Assembly (NCBI RefSeq): GCF_000485595.1
Contig: NW_014577066.1
Location: forward strand, 297,337-334,260
Length of the DNA stretch: 36,924 bases
Direction of reading: 5' to 3'
From: Priapulus caudatus
Lineage: Eukaryota
The translations under genes and the position numbers were made by a program. Under the pieces are notes generated by a model that saw only the letters and a program-made list of their open reading frames with translations, was not told the DNA's origin and ran no database searches. Positions 1 to 13,354 of the stretch are shown here, piece by piece (the first letter of the stretch is position 1; each line of letters opens with the position of its first letter).

Positions 1-975
1 CGCTGACCACAATCATGGATATAAGCGCTGACCACAATCATGGATATAAGCGCTGACCACAATCCATTTTCGTCATGGCATGAACCTAATGTGTTTGCGA
101 CTGATTGCAGCTGATCACTGATCAGGCTAATGCGCAAACCACATTTCACGTGTAATGTCAATGTGTAATTACATATTGTATCAGACGGCCAAGCGTTGGA
201 CAGAACTTGGCGTGTGACCATGCGTCTTAGACTCTATGTGTGCGTGCACGCGTGTGTGTGAGTGACAGTGTGTGCGTGAGTTGGCACTGTGTGCGCGCGC
301 GTGGTGTATGTCTCTCGCAGACTCAGTCACTGTGACTGTCTCAGTGTCTGTGAGTGAAATTGTTGGTGGGTTACTCGTAGTTATAGTTATACATCCTCCT
401 AGTTACAAAGGTCTTTGCAATGACTATCTTGATCTACTAACCTTTTGTACTGTCTCTATATTTCCATTTACAACTAATGTCACTCTCTTCATTCTGCAAA
501 ATACAACATTTCTAAGTTCCGAACCAGTGCATCTTTCTGCAAGCTCGTCGGTTTTATTGTTTACTCACCTACCGCTAGGATGTTAGTTAGATGTTTATTT
601 GTCAAAAATCTAGAAATTTTATAGATAGCCGTTAATAAATAAAAATAAAAACAATATTTAATTTTTAAACACATACTCTATTATGTATATTACATTTTAT
701 TATCTATATATAGATCAATTATATCTTTTATTAATATTAGATTCACGTGAAAACTCGGTTAAGTTGCCAATATGGCGGCCTCCATGTGCTCAAAGTTAAA
801 ACTTGCATGTAAATGGAAAAAATCGAAGCCATCTCTTCACATACTAAGGTTGCGATGAATTATTGTTTGTCATATAAAACTGAATTAAGTTTATGACAAT
901 TAATTAGTTTGAGAGCATTGTGTGATAATTAAATCGCCTGCTTATCCATGACAATGTCCATGGGCATGGTCCCAC
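1..975 (+). repeat. Segmental duplicate of ~15200-16755 (satellite end plus KCTD9/PTCD3 promoter region)
   Basis: Collinear matches include ctaatgcgcaaaccacatt (127 vs 15362), gactatcttgatctactaac (422 vs 16091), ctaccgctagga (569 vs 16309) and tgtccatgggcat (956 vs 16728). An N gap follows at 1302-1310. Confidence 0.9.
772..848 (+). CDS. PTCD3: PTCD3 coding exon 1, clean duplicate copy (MAASMCSKLKLACKWKKSKPSLHILR; mitochondrial-presequence-like)
   Basis: ATG at 772 in caatATGGCGGCC context. The peptide is basic and has no acidic residues. It ends AG|GT (phase 2), matching the phase of PTCD3 exon 21866-21949. A noisy copy sits in the expected place at ~16517-16600. Confidence 0.65.
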
Positions 976-1369
976 ATTAGCTCCAAGAAACGGTATTGCT
1001 AGGGTTAGAATACCGTTTCAAACCTTGGCTGCAGCTAAACACGTAGTTGCCTTATTTGCCAAGTATCGCCAAAGAACACTTCACATGTGATATACCAAAT
1101 GAATCGGTATACATCCACCTTCTTGTAACCATCAGTGTGCTACAGTGCGCTGGGTACTTATGGGTTTACAGCGACTTTTTGAAACGAATGCAACACAATT
1201 TATGAATTTGCCACCATGTTTGCTATCATTCCGACTGTGACTAAAATCTGCAATGGATCAAACAAGGGAAATTAAACGATCAGCGGTCCTCATGTAAACC
1301 ANNNNNNNNNNAATCCTCATACTCAAGTGGGCCCGGCGGCCACCTGAAAAAAAGTTAAGCGGCGAAGCC

Positions 1370-1665
1370 CTGCCTAACCATATCAGATAGTTACCAGGGC
1401 GTACGTTCCGGTATTACGGACCCGCCCCACCCCCCCCCCACCCGCCCCCCCCCGCCCCCCCCCCCCCCTTCCCCCCCCCCCCCCTCCCCCCCCCCTAACT
1501 AGGGTATATTCCCAGGAACGTACCCAAGGAGACATGACGTTATCTGCGCTAACTAACGAACAAAAAGGTCGTTTTACGTATTAATGGCTGTATAATATCG
1601 TACCGACTGGTAACTATTTTGAGTATGGTTAGGGTTAGGGTTTAGGGCAGTAGGGCGTAGTTGAC
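1370..1665. mobile_element. Non-autonomous inverted-repeat element related to the 7224-7491 MITE, with an internal poly-C tract and TTAGGG-like repeats
   Basis: cctaaccat..agatagttaccaggg.tacgttc.ggtattacggacc is shared with ~7398-7446. An inverted copy (tggtaactat...tggttagggttaggg) lies at 1608-1640. Confidence 0.6.
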
Positions 1666-2059
1666 ATACCTCGCCGACCCGTCGGCGTTACATATACCAC
1701 AACGATCCCTTCAGCGTAACTAACCGTGCGTGTAGACGAACGGCTGCGCTGCGCTGCACTCACTTGACACATAAAATATATAGTCTATATATTATATATA
1801 TATATTCATATATAAGTATCTATATATACTATATATATTATTTACTCGTCGCTCAGTGTGCAGCGGCAAGCCATGGCGGCAGCCAGCCTTTTTGAGCGTA
1901 TGAGCATTTGGACGGCAGTTTACAGGGAAATTGTCCGGCCATATTAGCGTGAAAACAGATACTAGAAACATTAAGACTTTGGGTAGTAAATTAATTTTCG
2001 AATTTATTTAGCATTATATTTATATTGAACGCTCCAAGTGCCTGTCTGGGTTGGTGCCC

Positions 2060-4968
2060 ATGTGAAATTCAATTGCTATTTATCTTGGAGCACTGTGAGT
2101 CGTTTAGTCCTGTAGTTGGCGAACAAAGAACTACCATGTGGTAAGCTAACGGAGGACCTTCTCTTACTAGAAGACTGAGAGATACTCATACAACATAAAA
2201 ATCATTATGCATGGCATATTGCTTTCTTTTTAATGACAGTGATACAGTGGTTATGCATGTTGACCTTTTTATAAGGTATGATTCTATGAATAACTTCTAC
2301 ATTGTCTCTCGGTCTTGTTCACTATAAAGAGGGCAGCTGTGCCACGACAGCGAGTCCTACCTTGCCACAAAGAAATGAAGCGTTCCTCAGCTGCGTCGTC
2401 GGTAGACGTAATGTGACTGAGGTCGCCCTGGCACGATGCGACAGGAAGATGGATAAACTATGTAAAACTGAAAGATCCTAATTTAATTACATTAGTTTAC
2501 ATTTGCCTTGCCATCTACACTGACTGTGCGTCACTTGACTGTGAGCGACGGTAATGCAAATTTCCCTTTCACATCTGTATGATTGAAATTGTAGAACGAT
2601 AACATTTAACAAACCATCCTTATTGTGTAATTATTTCGTGACCTGCTGTAGAGCCATCCTAGGTTGGTCAGGTGAGACACATTTGGTTGTAGACACGGTA
2701 CACGTTCACTTTGTTTGCTTCAGCTCGGATGAAGACGGGATTCGATTTAGGCGGTGCCTGAGCAGGAGGATGACGACTATCTTCGATTACTGCCGGCGCC
2801 ACAGATGGCAAGATCCGGTTGCCAAAGAAAAGCCGTCGCGAAAGTGGAAGCCAAGTGCCGACCGGGCCGAAGCAGAGAGAGGTGCGAGTTTATCTTCCCT
2901 GTTATTAGTCGTGCCTCGCGGGGAATGACCATCTGTCCACAGCAATGCATTCAGTTTGTCCCGTAAGGGCTCGGCTTATAGCAATTGAGCAGGCAAATGC
3001 CTCACATGGCATTCCGGGCATGTATCTCGTGTAAAAGCACTAAGTCACATATACTTGCCGCTTCAAAGATCAGCTGAAATTTAGTGATTACGCAATATGG
3101 CACCAGTCATTCTAACGGTATGCGGTGTGGGCAAACTGAATTCGGTGATATGATTTGACAACTGCGCAATATGATAATATTATTTTAAGGGTTTTTTTTT
3201 TTTTAACCGTTTTTGTTGGATTTACGTCTGTTCAGGTTCATCATGCAGCCTAGCCCACCCCTTTTCATATCAATATTGTTGATACTATACAAAACAAAAT
3301 TTCTTGCGCAAAACACTGGAGACTCGTCAAGATATGCTTTCAAACTGACTTAATGGCAATATTTGGGGGTATTTAGAGGTTTTGAACACAGCTTCAACAG
3401 TATTAGCTGCCAGTACAGGCCTAGCAAATTTGTTATTCTGGTATCAGATGTAAGTATGTGTTTGTGATTTTTACTTGGCAGGCTCGAGCTACGAGGACAG
3501 CGGGAGGAAAAGAAACGCACAACGAGGTTACAGGAGGAAAAGCGCAAGCCGTGGGGAAGCAAGAAGCGAAGCTGGGAGGAAATGAAGCCAGTAGTGGGGT
3601 CGGCTCATTACCGTGATCGTTTGTTATCTGTTACTACGTGGCGCAGTGCCAAATGGTAGTAGCGCGCCTGGGGTCTACACACTGACATTGTCATCGTGTG
3701 TATGCAAGGCCAAAACATCCAGTATTTTAATATAGTGTTAAGTTAAGACATGTCTGGAGGGCGCTTAGTATACCTGTTTAATGCCACTGATTTGCATCTA
3801 TGCCAGAACTTTGCCCGTACATGCATTCATATGGAAACAATCATAAAAACATTTTTACATTTGGACCATTACACTGTCTAATTTACACGTTGTTGTTGTT
3901 TAGATGTCCATACTGATAATATGGAGCAAAAATGTAGACAGCGGTCTAAAGTTGTCTTCCAGGCATGTTCAGGGAGGGGAGGTCCTTTTTTGACCATGAG
4001 TTCCTTATCCTTGTGTAACAGGGAGGAGCCAGGCGCGGATCCGAGAGGAGGAGCAGGTAGAAGAAGAGCACGAGGCATTACCTCGCTATGAAGGAGTTGC
4101 TTCACGGTGGACAACTGAGGCTTTGACGAGCAAGGCCTGATCTAGGAGTCTCAGTCATTGCTCGAGGAGTTTGTAAACTACGATTCGAAGGTGAGGTTTA
4201 AGTACCGCTGTTCAGAGCCATCACAGCCGCCCTGAGTCACCAGCCTTAACCCAGCTAGGTTGTGTTACAATCTGCCTACCTAACACACTTACTTTTGATA
4301 ATGGAGATGATAATACGTGAGTGCACATATAGGCTATAGCCTGACACGGGTGGCCTGGGCTAGTTAATAGGGTATGGTTCTTTAAGTTTCTTGGAAATTC
4401 AGAGGTTGAAGCTCAAAAGTATTTGATGACTCGCCACTGTAGTAGTAAACCATCAGACACGATAGGAAAAGAGTTTACACTTGGATTCACCTTCTCATCT
4501 CTATCAGCTGCATTTATCTATTATTATCAGGAAAATGTCCTATCTTCCTATCTTCTTAATCTTATTTCAGTAATGATGAAGATATTACAGATAACGTTTT
4601 CATGTTTAACCAACAAGGGACGTGCATAGAGATCCTGATGTGTATAAGGATCGACAGATTTCCCTGTCTTGCCTATATGTGACTAATATGGATGTGATAT
4701 TTTTACGTCTGACATTACAGGTGCGTTCAGTTCAGAGGACTTGGCTGCTGAATTCAGACTGAGTGCACGGAAGCCATCGATCGTGTGCAGGCGCTGCTGG
4801 ACAGCTGGCGACCTCACAGGGGTTTATGACGATCGCGGCAGTCATCTACATCTCTGAGGAGGAACTTCAAGCAGTTGCCAAATTCAATCCATCAGAGGGG
4901 GCGAGTGTCGATTGCGGAGGTTGGCCGAAATCCAGGCAATAAGTTTATTAATTTGGTCCGGAGATAGA
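2060..4968 (+). CDS. DDRGK1: DDRGK domain-containing protein 1 (UFBP1, UFM1 pathway). Approximate exons: 2060-2140, 2330-2450, 2724-2881, 3482-3590, 4022-4190, 4721-4968. Many indels.
   Basis: Reading through frameshifts, the last exon gives EDLAAEFRL..EAIDRVQALL..GDLTGV.DDRG..IYISEEELQAVAKF.HQRGRVSIAELA, the DDRGK/PCI domain. The previous exon gives EHE.YLAMK...SQSLLEEFVNY. Upstream exons are E/K/R-rich, and exon 1 is hydrophobic (TM anchor) and ends at gtaag. The two 5' exons are less certain. Confidence 0.9.
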
Positions 4969-5117
4969 TTCCATGCAAGCTAGCTTCGTAACAAAATTTA
5001 CAGTGGTATCGCAGATCACATAGATCTGGGTCAGGTGAAGATTTAGATTGACAGGTATTTTTTCTATTTTCATGTTTTTGATGTAAATCTGTTTAATGTT
5101 ATTCTCCCATGTATGTA

Positions 5118-5734
5118 CACAGGTCCCTATTATTCCAACACGAACCCGCCAATGCGAGCACCGAAGGTGTGAGAAGGTAGGACGCACAATTTTCACGACT
5201 TTATCAAATCGCGACTTTCTTTAGAAAAAATGTAAATGTTTTTAATTAAAATACAGTGGGCGATAACGTTTCTAGTTTGTATTGTGTCTTCCGGCGTCTT
5301 TGGTTGAAACTGTCCATCATGTTCTACAGGTATATAGCATATATTCATAATTGTGAGAATTACAGTTTACCACCACGTAAAAAAAATGGCTGCTTTTAAT
5401 TTTATTCAATCAGGGTGGGCGGCATTACATCAGTCGAAATCGTGCCGAAATATGGTCATCACTATGACTGCCATTGAACGTGTGGGAAATGTTTAATTTT
5501 TACTGTGGCAACGGATTTTACTTCCTAACGCTGTCAATATCATCGGACAGTGAAAACATATACAGGGGGGTTAGTACAACAAGTAGTAATACGGGTATGC
5601 TGTCATATTTGTTATTGAGAATCAAAAACTTTCATTGATTCCGGACATTCGTGAAATCTGCGTCTCGCCGTCCTTACTTCTCACACCTTCGGTGCTCGCA
5701 TTGGGGCGTCTCGTGTTGGATAATAGGGCCTGTG
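5118..5734. mobile_element. MITE with ~80-bp terminal inverted repeats, flanked by TA
   Basis: cacaggtccctattattccaacacga..ccaatgcgagcaccgaaggtgtgagaag (5118-5180) is the reverse complement of cttctcacaccttcggtgctcgcattgg..tcgtgttggataatagggcctgtg (5677-5734). Confidence 0.85.
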
Positions 5735-7223
5735 TATATGTCTACCTACGTGCTAACAGAGACTACACTTAAGATTACCGGTACAAACTTAAACCGACCA
5801 GGCTCTCCGACTGTTTACACGCGTAGTACACCTCTCGCACAATGTAGTGTTAAGCGAGAAGGGGACTTGTGGCTACGGACAACATGCTCAGATACTACAG
5901 AAATTCATTACAATTGTGTAAAATTATACTCATTTTGAATGTATTGTTATTTGTAGTATACCCATTTGATTATGTCAACATTGGTGCAAAATAAATTTAT
6001 TATTCTAATACATGAAATTTACTAGAGATTCCTCATCAATCAAGAGTATTATATATATTATACGGCCATTATTACTAGCTAGTAGTATTAGCTCTTGATG
6101 ATTATATTGCCTTTATTTCTTTTTACTAGGTTGATAATTATTACTTAGTTGATATTATCTTCCTACAAGTAGGCCTACGTTACTCCTTTGCTAATATTTT
6201 CCCTTCATGACACTTTTGTCTCTTTTACTAATTGATATTGAGAATTTCCCTTCCTTATATTTGCCTATTATGACCCCACAGCACTGTGTCAATTTGTTAG
6301 TATGGTTCTTTTCCAACTCCGGATTCTTACTTACATGTTCTACATGTGCATGCCAAAAAGGCTGGCCAGAGCTGCCCTGTAATATAAGATTGCATGTCTC
6401 TATTTATGTGTATTCGTTGGTGTCTTTTTTGTAAGTTTCTTAATACAAGCTGATAAACCTCAGCTTATTAATCATATGAATCATCAGACATGGTAAAAAT
6501 ATAGTAAAAACGGAATAGTCCTGGCATTGTGAATGTATGGAGTCCAGGACAGATATAAATGCTCAACGTTATACACAGAACAAAATGATTTTTAGGATAT
6601 ATCTTGAAATTTAATGAGCACCAAATTAAATAATTTTCACAATCTTACAATTTGCCCTATAATTTCAGATATAGCGAACGGTAACATCCCTGGGAATACA
6701 AACGATCCGTATGTTCAATCTACTGTCTTGTTTCACTGTCATACAAAAGTATGACAACTATTCGATTATTTTTGCCTCCTCCACCAGAGGTTTGATTGAC
6801 TTTTATGTAAACATAAGTACGGGACTTTGTAAACATTATCACATTGTAGCTCTTACCAACACGTGTGAAACTCCCCTACAACTTGGTTGCAAGTTATTAT
6901 GTTAATAACTGGTTATCTGTGCTCTTGGTTATTACAATATTGTCTTCAACATTACATTTAAATCCGAAATCATAAAATATGTATTATAGTACATTTAACG
7001 TTAATTTTTACGTAGTACGGTATGTAGCCTACACCTACCCTCACAACATCACTAGTATATTGTTTACCAAATATTATAGCGATGGAAACAACACGAAAAC
7101 AAACAAGTGCTAGTTAAGAAACGACCACTAAATAATAACGTAAAAGGTTTCATTCATTCCATCTCTGGAAAACCCCCAAAAAAAACATGTGCGGGCCGCA
7201 GTGTACACGTCAGTAATGCCGAG

Positions 7224-7491
7224 AGGGTCTATGTCCCCAGGGTACTGCCGGAACGTACCTGGTCAGAGCATATAAAATCAACGTGATTTATATGCTCTGC
7301 TGGTTACTATCTATATATGCCTGGACCGCTCCCCCCCCCTTAGCCTCGCCTCCTCCACTAACGGGTTAGTGAGTCGCCTACGCCTACTCCCTAAAACCCT
7401 AACCATTTAGATAGTTACCAGGGCTACGTTCGGGTATTACCGGACCTTACAGGGTTACGTTCCGGCCAGTACCCTGGGCGGACAGAGACCC
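7224..7491. mobile_element. MITE with ~35-bp TIRs (agggtct.tgtcc..cagggtactg.ccggaacgta), carrying a nested 33-bp-type hairpin
   Basis: The left end at 7224-7258 is inverted at 7456-7491. The interior is homologous to 1370-1420. Confidence 0.75.
7264..7298. mobile_element. Micro-MITE hairpin, copy 1 (cagagcatataaatca-c-tgatttatatgctctg family)
   Basis: Noisy copy of the palindrome at 31554-31586, flanked on both sides by ctggt. Confidence 0.7.
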
Positions 7492-8326
7492 TATGAGCCA
7501 TAGTAAATTCGTTAGGAATTCCGACCCTTGTTGTCTTTACAGGAGAGACTTACACACGCACGACGGTCAGCGCTCTCTCAAGTAAAAACCTTCCAAACAA
7601 TCTATGCTAGCTGCCAAACAACTATAAGCCTGCCATAACATCCACATCTATGGAAATAATGCTTGACTACTGTATGAATTTAGTATATAGTGATTAATAT
7701 AATATTACCCATCGAGTTGACATTGGAAAATTCGTAAACGATGGAATATTTCTGCTGATGTTTCAACTTTTATAATTTAATTATTGATAATAAACGCTGG
7801 GGCAAATTAAAATGCTTACACTGACACTCATGATCTACTTTTCGTTGATAATAAATTTCTATATCAGTATAATCATAAAAACCCTACAATACACATTTAC
7901 GAAGATCAAATAATTTTTGTGACAAAAACGCCGACAATATCCGCACTGATATGCTAAATCCACACTTTGATCAATATTTCACAATATTCAGATCAATGTC
8001 TTTCTCAAAAGTAAACCATGCCAATAAAGAACAACCCACTCCTGCAGTAAAGTGACCAGCTGTTAACTCTAATCATTTTTCAGCAGAATGCTGCATGATT
8101 CATTGCGGACAACAATCAGAAATGCTAGTTTAAGTTGGGTATACTGCAATCTGTTTTTGCCATTGCTCCCGAATAACTAGATCTGGATGATACAAAGGAC
8201 AGAGACTATTAGCAGACTTAATCTCCCTACATGGGAAAATCTCACATTTCACACTGCATCGTGTCCAACATCTCAACGTGTTGCGATTTCGGCAAGTTGA
8301 ACATAAAAGCCATGAAATGGTGATAT

Positions 8327-11300
8327 CACTGCGCCGACGACATTGTCTGTGCTGTACATCGCGTGCAAAGGTGTCCAGCATGAGGTCAAAAGGTTCACAC
8401 CTTTGCATGCATTGGTCTCCGTCGGCAGATTTGCTCTCTTGTAGGTCACGGCCAGATAGATCACAGTTCTGAAAATGTAGATATAGTACACATGCAAAAC
8501 TGTGCACTTGCAACATTTGCACGATGCTACGTGCAGCTTCTTTATTTGCTTCTAGTTACCACCGATATTTCAAAATTTTACAACAAAAGCAAAGGCTTGT
8601 AAACGATAGATCATAAATTACTTACACATTTATTACATGCTAATTGACAAAGGTGAATACAAGGAGTTAGGAGTAACCTACGTTTCCAAAGCCAACCTTC
8701 CCTTTGCCAACCACTACCCAACCATTTAGACTGTGTACTGACCACGAGACCAAGACATAGGACGATTGCTTCTCCGTAACACAACTACCTTAGCGCTCAG
8801 TCCCGCCAGCACAAGCTCCCCGCATGGTCACAGTTCTGCAGTTGCGCATTTGCGTAGGATTGGATACGTCGATGAGGTTCACTCCTACCTATTTCTGACT
8901 TCCATCCAATCTGCCAGACTCCTTCATGTTTGCACCTGTGCAAGGACCATCAGCACCAGCTTCGCAGTTGGTGAGACGTTCTAGGATTTGAACCGTAATA
9001 AGCTCTGTTTATAAATTGCGTCGCATCCATGAAGTCTTACGAAGTCGGCGAGGCAATTTTCTCTCACTTATACTAGTTATTATTCACTATAGAGGCCTTT
9101 ACATCTTCCATGTTGCGCTTCGACTTCCCGCAGGATCTTCGCAAAGTTCACACGCCTTTCAGTGATTGCTCCGCTAGATTTGCACAGAGATCTTTACGCC
9201 GAGAGAAGATTTGCACCTGAAAACAGCAACACATTTCTAGGTTCACATTCAGATGCATACCAATCAGCAGTAACCCCAAACAAAGATGAATAGCAACCTA
9301 TATTTGACGAGGGATATTTAGGCCACACACAACATTTGCTAAAACATGTTTTCCTTACTCCCTTATCCTCTCATGACATGTCCAAAGATGATGGAAGACA
9401 GATATTACAAAAAATTATTCAGCATTCGAAGGGCCCATTGGTTAGAAACTAAATTAGTGCTAATATTACGGTTTTCTCGTGTTAGGCCGTTTTTTTGAAA
9501 CCATTTGCCGTAATGTTTAAGTTTTTTTATACGCAGTTGTATAGGAGGTCAAGTCAGGATGCAAAATCTTATATATTGACTATTATTACATGATTAGGCT
9601 AATTTTGTGTTTCCGAAAACGAGGCTTTTGATATTAACACTTAATGCCAAATTCAACCCTTTCGCGCTTACTCTAACTCGCTAGTTGACATAGCCCACAG
9701 ACACAGTATTTGGATCTTCTGATTGTGCCCATGATTGCCAGAACTTTGCTTGCTTAGCTCAGCAGCATCAACATTGCTATCGCAACTCACGTCAAGGTTT
9801 CGAGCCTTGAGATCGGCACGTTCCAGAAGCAGCACGAGAGGTTTGCCTGAGCCAGGTTGGCTCCCTGCAGCACTGAGTATTTGAAGTTGATAAATCGTAG
9901 ATCAAGCTTTGATGAATCCCCCTGATAAATTGATGCCCTGCAATTTGTAATAGTAATAAGTACATATACAATATATATAAAATTATATTCAAGAGCATAT
10001 TAAGTTATCTATACTTAATATGCTTTGATTACTTATATAAATATATACATATATACACATTTTTATTTTTATTTATACACATATACCATTTTACCTTTAT
10101 TAAATGGAATCTGATAAATACGTTGAATTTATACCTATTTATACGTATACTCATGTTACGTGTATTTCTATCTGTAAATAAGTGTGTAGCCACCTGAAAA
10201 CTGACGGCCTCAGTGTGGCTGCGGGCGTTGTGATGAGAGCCTCTATGACATCGCGCCGGCTCCAGTGGAGCTGGTCCCGTCCTGCGACTCTCCTATACCA
10301 CGACAAGGGTGAGATAATTGCTTAACTGCTCATGGTCATCCGGGGAGTACTCACGCCACATTCAGCAAGATGAGGTGGCACAGGTGTAGCTACCTGCACC
10401 GTCACGGTGCACATCTCACCATGCTTATTTCAGACGTATCTTGATTATCTTGGCCTTCATGCACTACATGTATAAGGAGTTATTTTTGCTTGCCTCAGTG
10501 TTTCACACCCAGACTTATATTATAATAGAGATGAGATCAATTCGCAATAGAAATGAGAATGCGGTTCGTTATTCTGTGGTTATCGCAGGCCAGTGCAGTG
10601 ACATAGTAGATTGACTAATGGGACTTGCATCTCACCTCCACCAACGATTCCAGCTGCTAGCTAAGGATTGTAAGCCAAGAATTGGCTTTCTTCCTAGAAC
10701 ACCTGCATGTAAACAAGACCATTGACATGAAGACTAAGAGCTTAGACTCCGAGTCAATTTCTGATGTAAGTAATTCTTTATAGTAGTGATATGTGACATG
10801 GGTGCCGATATAATGCTTACAACCAAAAACCAGGTCACAACACCATATTTTAAATGGGTTACTAAGGGTTTCTGAAAATTTTCCAACATTTGTGCTAAAC
10901 AACCTAAATTTCTCAATGGCTTGAATTCATCGAGCTAGCCACACAATCAGAATTTTACTGGCAACTACGAAAATAACACTTGAGCTAGGTGACAACTTCC
11001 AACACTCTTTTTTAAATATACTGAACAGAAACTTATTGTCCATTAAATATCGTTAGCAGTATGAAGGCATTAGACTGGTGTCCCTCACCTACAGGATTCA
11101 CGCCTGCATCCATACAATCTGCCCGTGTCGGCAAATAATTAAGGATCGGCTCAAAGTGCCTGGGGCTGCGGTCAATCAGGTAAGCGCCAGAAGGTCGACG
11201 CTGTTTCCCATGTGGTGCACTCTGATTGTTGCGAACAGTGCGAGCGAGCATGGAGCTTGATCGGCTGCCTTGTTAACGTGCTTCTGCAAGATAAAAATAG

Positions 11301-13072
11301 AAGCAAGTGCATTTAAAGGCTTACATGTTGTATTACAGGTTGGGATTTATTTTAACTTCACTTACTCAATTTCAACTATTTTATCTACCACTGATTTATC
11401 CAAAAAAAATTAATTACTTATTTAGCACAGATGTTATTCACAATAAACACTGACTATAGAGAAAGGTCTAAATGACCTTATAATTTTTTAGATGCAACAT
11501 TGTCTTGAACATTAACATACACCTACAATTCCATTTAGACTAGAACTGACTGTACAGTCAGGTTCAGTGTTGTCTATACCTCGTTGTGGTAAAGCACTGG
11601 CCACCGATGTTTAGTGTTATCCCAGTCTGCTGAGGCTGGTGGGTCTGAATTTTAGCCGTCCCGTTTGCCGGGATACCAGAACATGTTTCGTCTCTTTTAC
11701 CTTACAAACACATAAAAACATGCAGAAACAGGCACAATATTCCTCTGATATATTTCAGAATAGTTCTGAAAGGTAACTAACGGATCCCGATTACATACAC
11801 AACAGCGCACAATGAGTGAGAATATGTGAACAACAGCACAAAAGTTCTGTAAAACTTACCACAATCCATATAAGTAGATCTGAAACAGCTATACAATCTA
11901 TGAAATATCCAGACTATTTTTATACTCGTTATACCAAATGAGTACAAAGTATGCAACACACGTGATGGCATTACATACTATACTCACCAAAGAAAGACTC
12001 GCCTTCTGATACAAATATTACCTCATCATCACTGTAATCATAAAGGCAAACATTATATTGTTATTTTTTTACAAACTATATAGGCAAACTGATAGCTTTA
12101 CTATACTTGCACACTTTGATCTTAAATAGTAATACTTTATATAATAGATCAACACAGTCATGCCGTAGTAGTTGCTATTTCATTATTCCCATATGTAATA
12201 GATCAAACAAGAAAATGACTAGATTCAATATACCTTGTCAATACAAGTTCAATGCCTTGGTAAAGTGTCATTAATGTGTCACAAGTTATTATATTAGTAG
12301 CACTGTCACAATGGTGATACAATGCGCACTGCCTGCCGTAAGTTTTTTTTAGAAGTTTACTGAGATCTACTGCTCAAATCCACAGGATGAATAGGATAGA
12401 CAGACATATATACAGATAGTTAACTGGCTTGTTGGGGGATACTCACTGCCGTTCATCAAACTCACCCTGAGCACATCCAAATCCTCAATCAGTCCACCAC
12501 CAGTGTGTATCAACTTGCAAGCTGTTATGCCCAATTTTTCGCCTGGCTGTTTCGAAAAGTCTTTCAATGCTGGACGGCACACACACAACCTGATTGTGCA
12601 AAAAATATTGCTGTATACAGAGGATAAGCATTTCTGACATATTTCCTATTACAGACTAACTGACACTAGCTAACATAGACATATGCACACACACACACAC
12701 ACACACACATACTGATGAATATCAGTAATTAAACCAGCCACATAAACAGCATGCAGATAGTTCACATATTATAGCACCTATTCTATTCAAGACTACGTAA
12801 CAGCATAACATAAATTAAATGATGTGATTCCTTTCTCTAAGTAAAAGTGAGTGTCTCTATGATGACAATTAATAGCCACATAAGAGAAGCCATCTGTGCT
12901 ATAGGTGGTGCACATAGCTTTCATATTCGAATCCTCTAGCTGGCATATAACTGTAATGTACACCAACAATTCTTTTTACTAGGGCATCTGATGAGGGCAT
13001 TAGGTTCGAATTCATACAAACCTTTCCTTCTGACTCTATGTTTCCATTTACAACCAGTGTTACTCTCTTCAT
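8327..13072 (-). CDS. KCTD9: BTB/POZ domain-containing protein KCTD9 (KHA-BTB-pentapeptide repeats). Approximate exons: 13072-13022, 12589-12466, 12031-11988, 11700-11580, 11283-11089, 10702-10636, 10292-10194, 9938-9791, 9216-9102, 8975-8788, 8468-8327. Many indels.
   Basis: Exon peptides: MKRVTLVVNGNIESEGK; KLGITACKL..GGGLIEDLDVL; DDEVIFVSEGESF; DW.TLNIGGQCFTTTR; SGAYLIDRSPRHFEPILNYL; pentapeptide repeats (KLDLRFINFKYS..GANLAQANL, NCDLSG.DLQE.NL). These match the order and motifs of KCTD9, with GT-AG boundaries. Confidence 0.93.
12686..12709. repeat. (CA)n microsatellite
   Basis: Direct reading of the sequence. Confidence 0.9.
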
Positions 13073-13141
13073 CCTGAATAAATAAAAATCATAATAAGAT
13101 CACAATTGTTTTAATAATACACAATTACACATATCACTACC

Positions 13142-13332
13142 AATATTCATTTTTCACACCACCTTACACTAGCCTCTTACCATGGAGATTTATTTATGGT
13201 AATTAAGTAGACCATTTCTTCCACACATTAAAATTTTAATATTCATTTTTCACACCACCTTACACTAGCCTCTTACCATGGAGATTTATTTATGGTAATT
13301 AAGTAGACCATTTCTTCCACACATTAAAATTT
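13142..13332. repeat. Perfect ~95-bp tandem duplication
   Basis: aatattcatttttcacaccaccttac...ccacacattaaaattt occurs at ~13142-13235 and again at ~13238-13332. Confidence 0.9.
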
Positions 13333-13354
13333 GCCCCTGTGGCAACAATTAAGG

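Noticed and set aside
1628..1647. TTAGGG repeats (also 18866-18879) as telomere relics
   Set aside because: There are only 2-3 units, and they are internal parts of MITEs.
2060..13072. Calling DDRGK1 and KCTD9 pseudogenes
   Set aside because: Indel noise also affects adjacent non-coding duplicates and satellites, while splice sites and conserved residues are retained. Sequencing error is more parsimonious.
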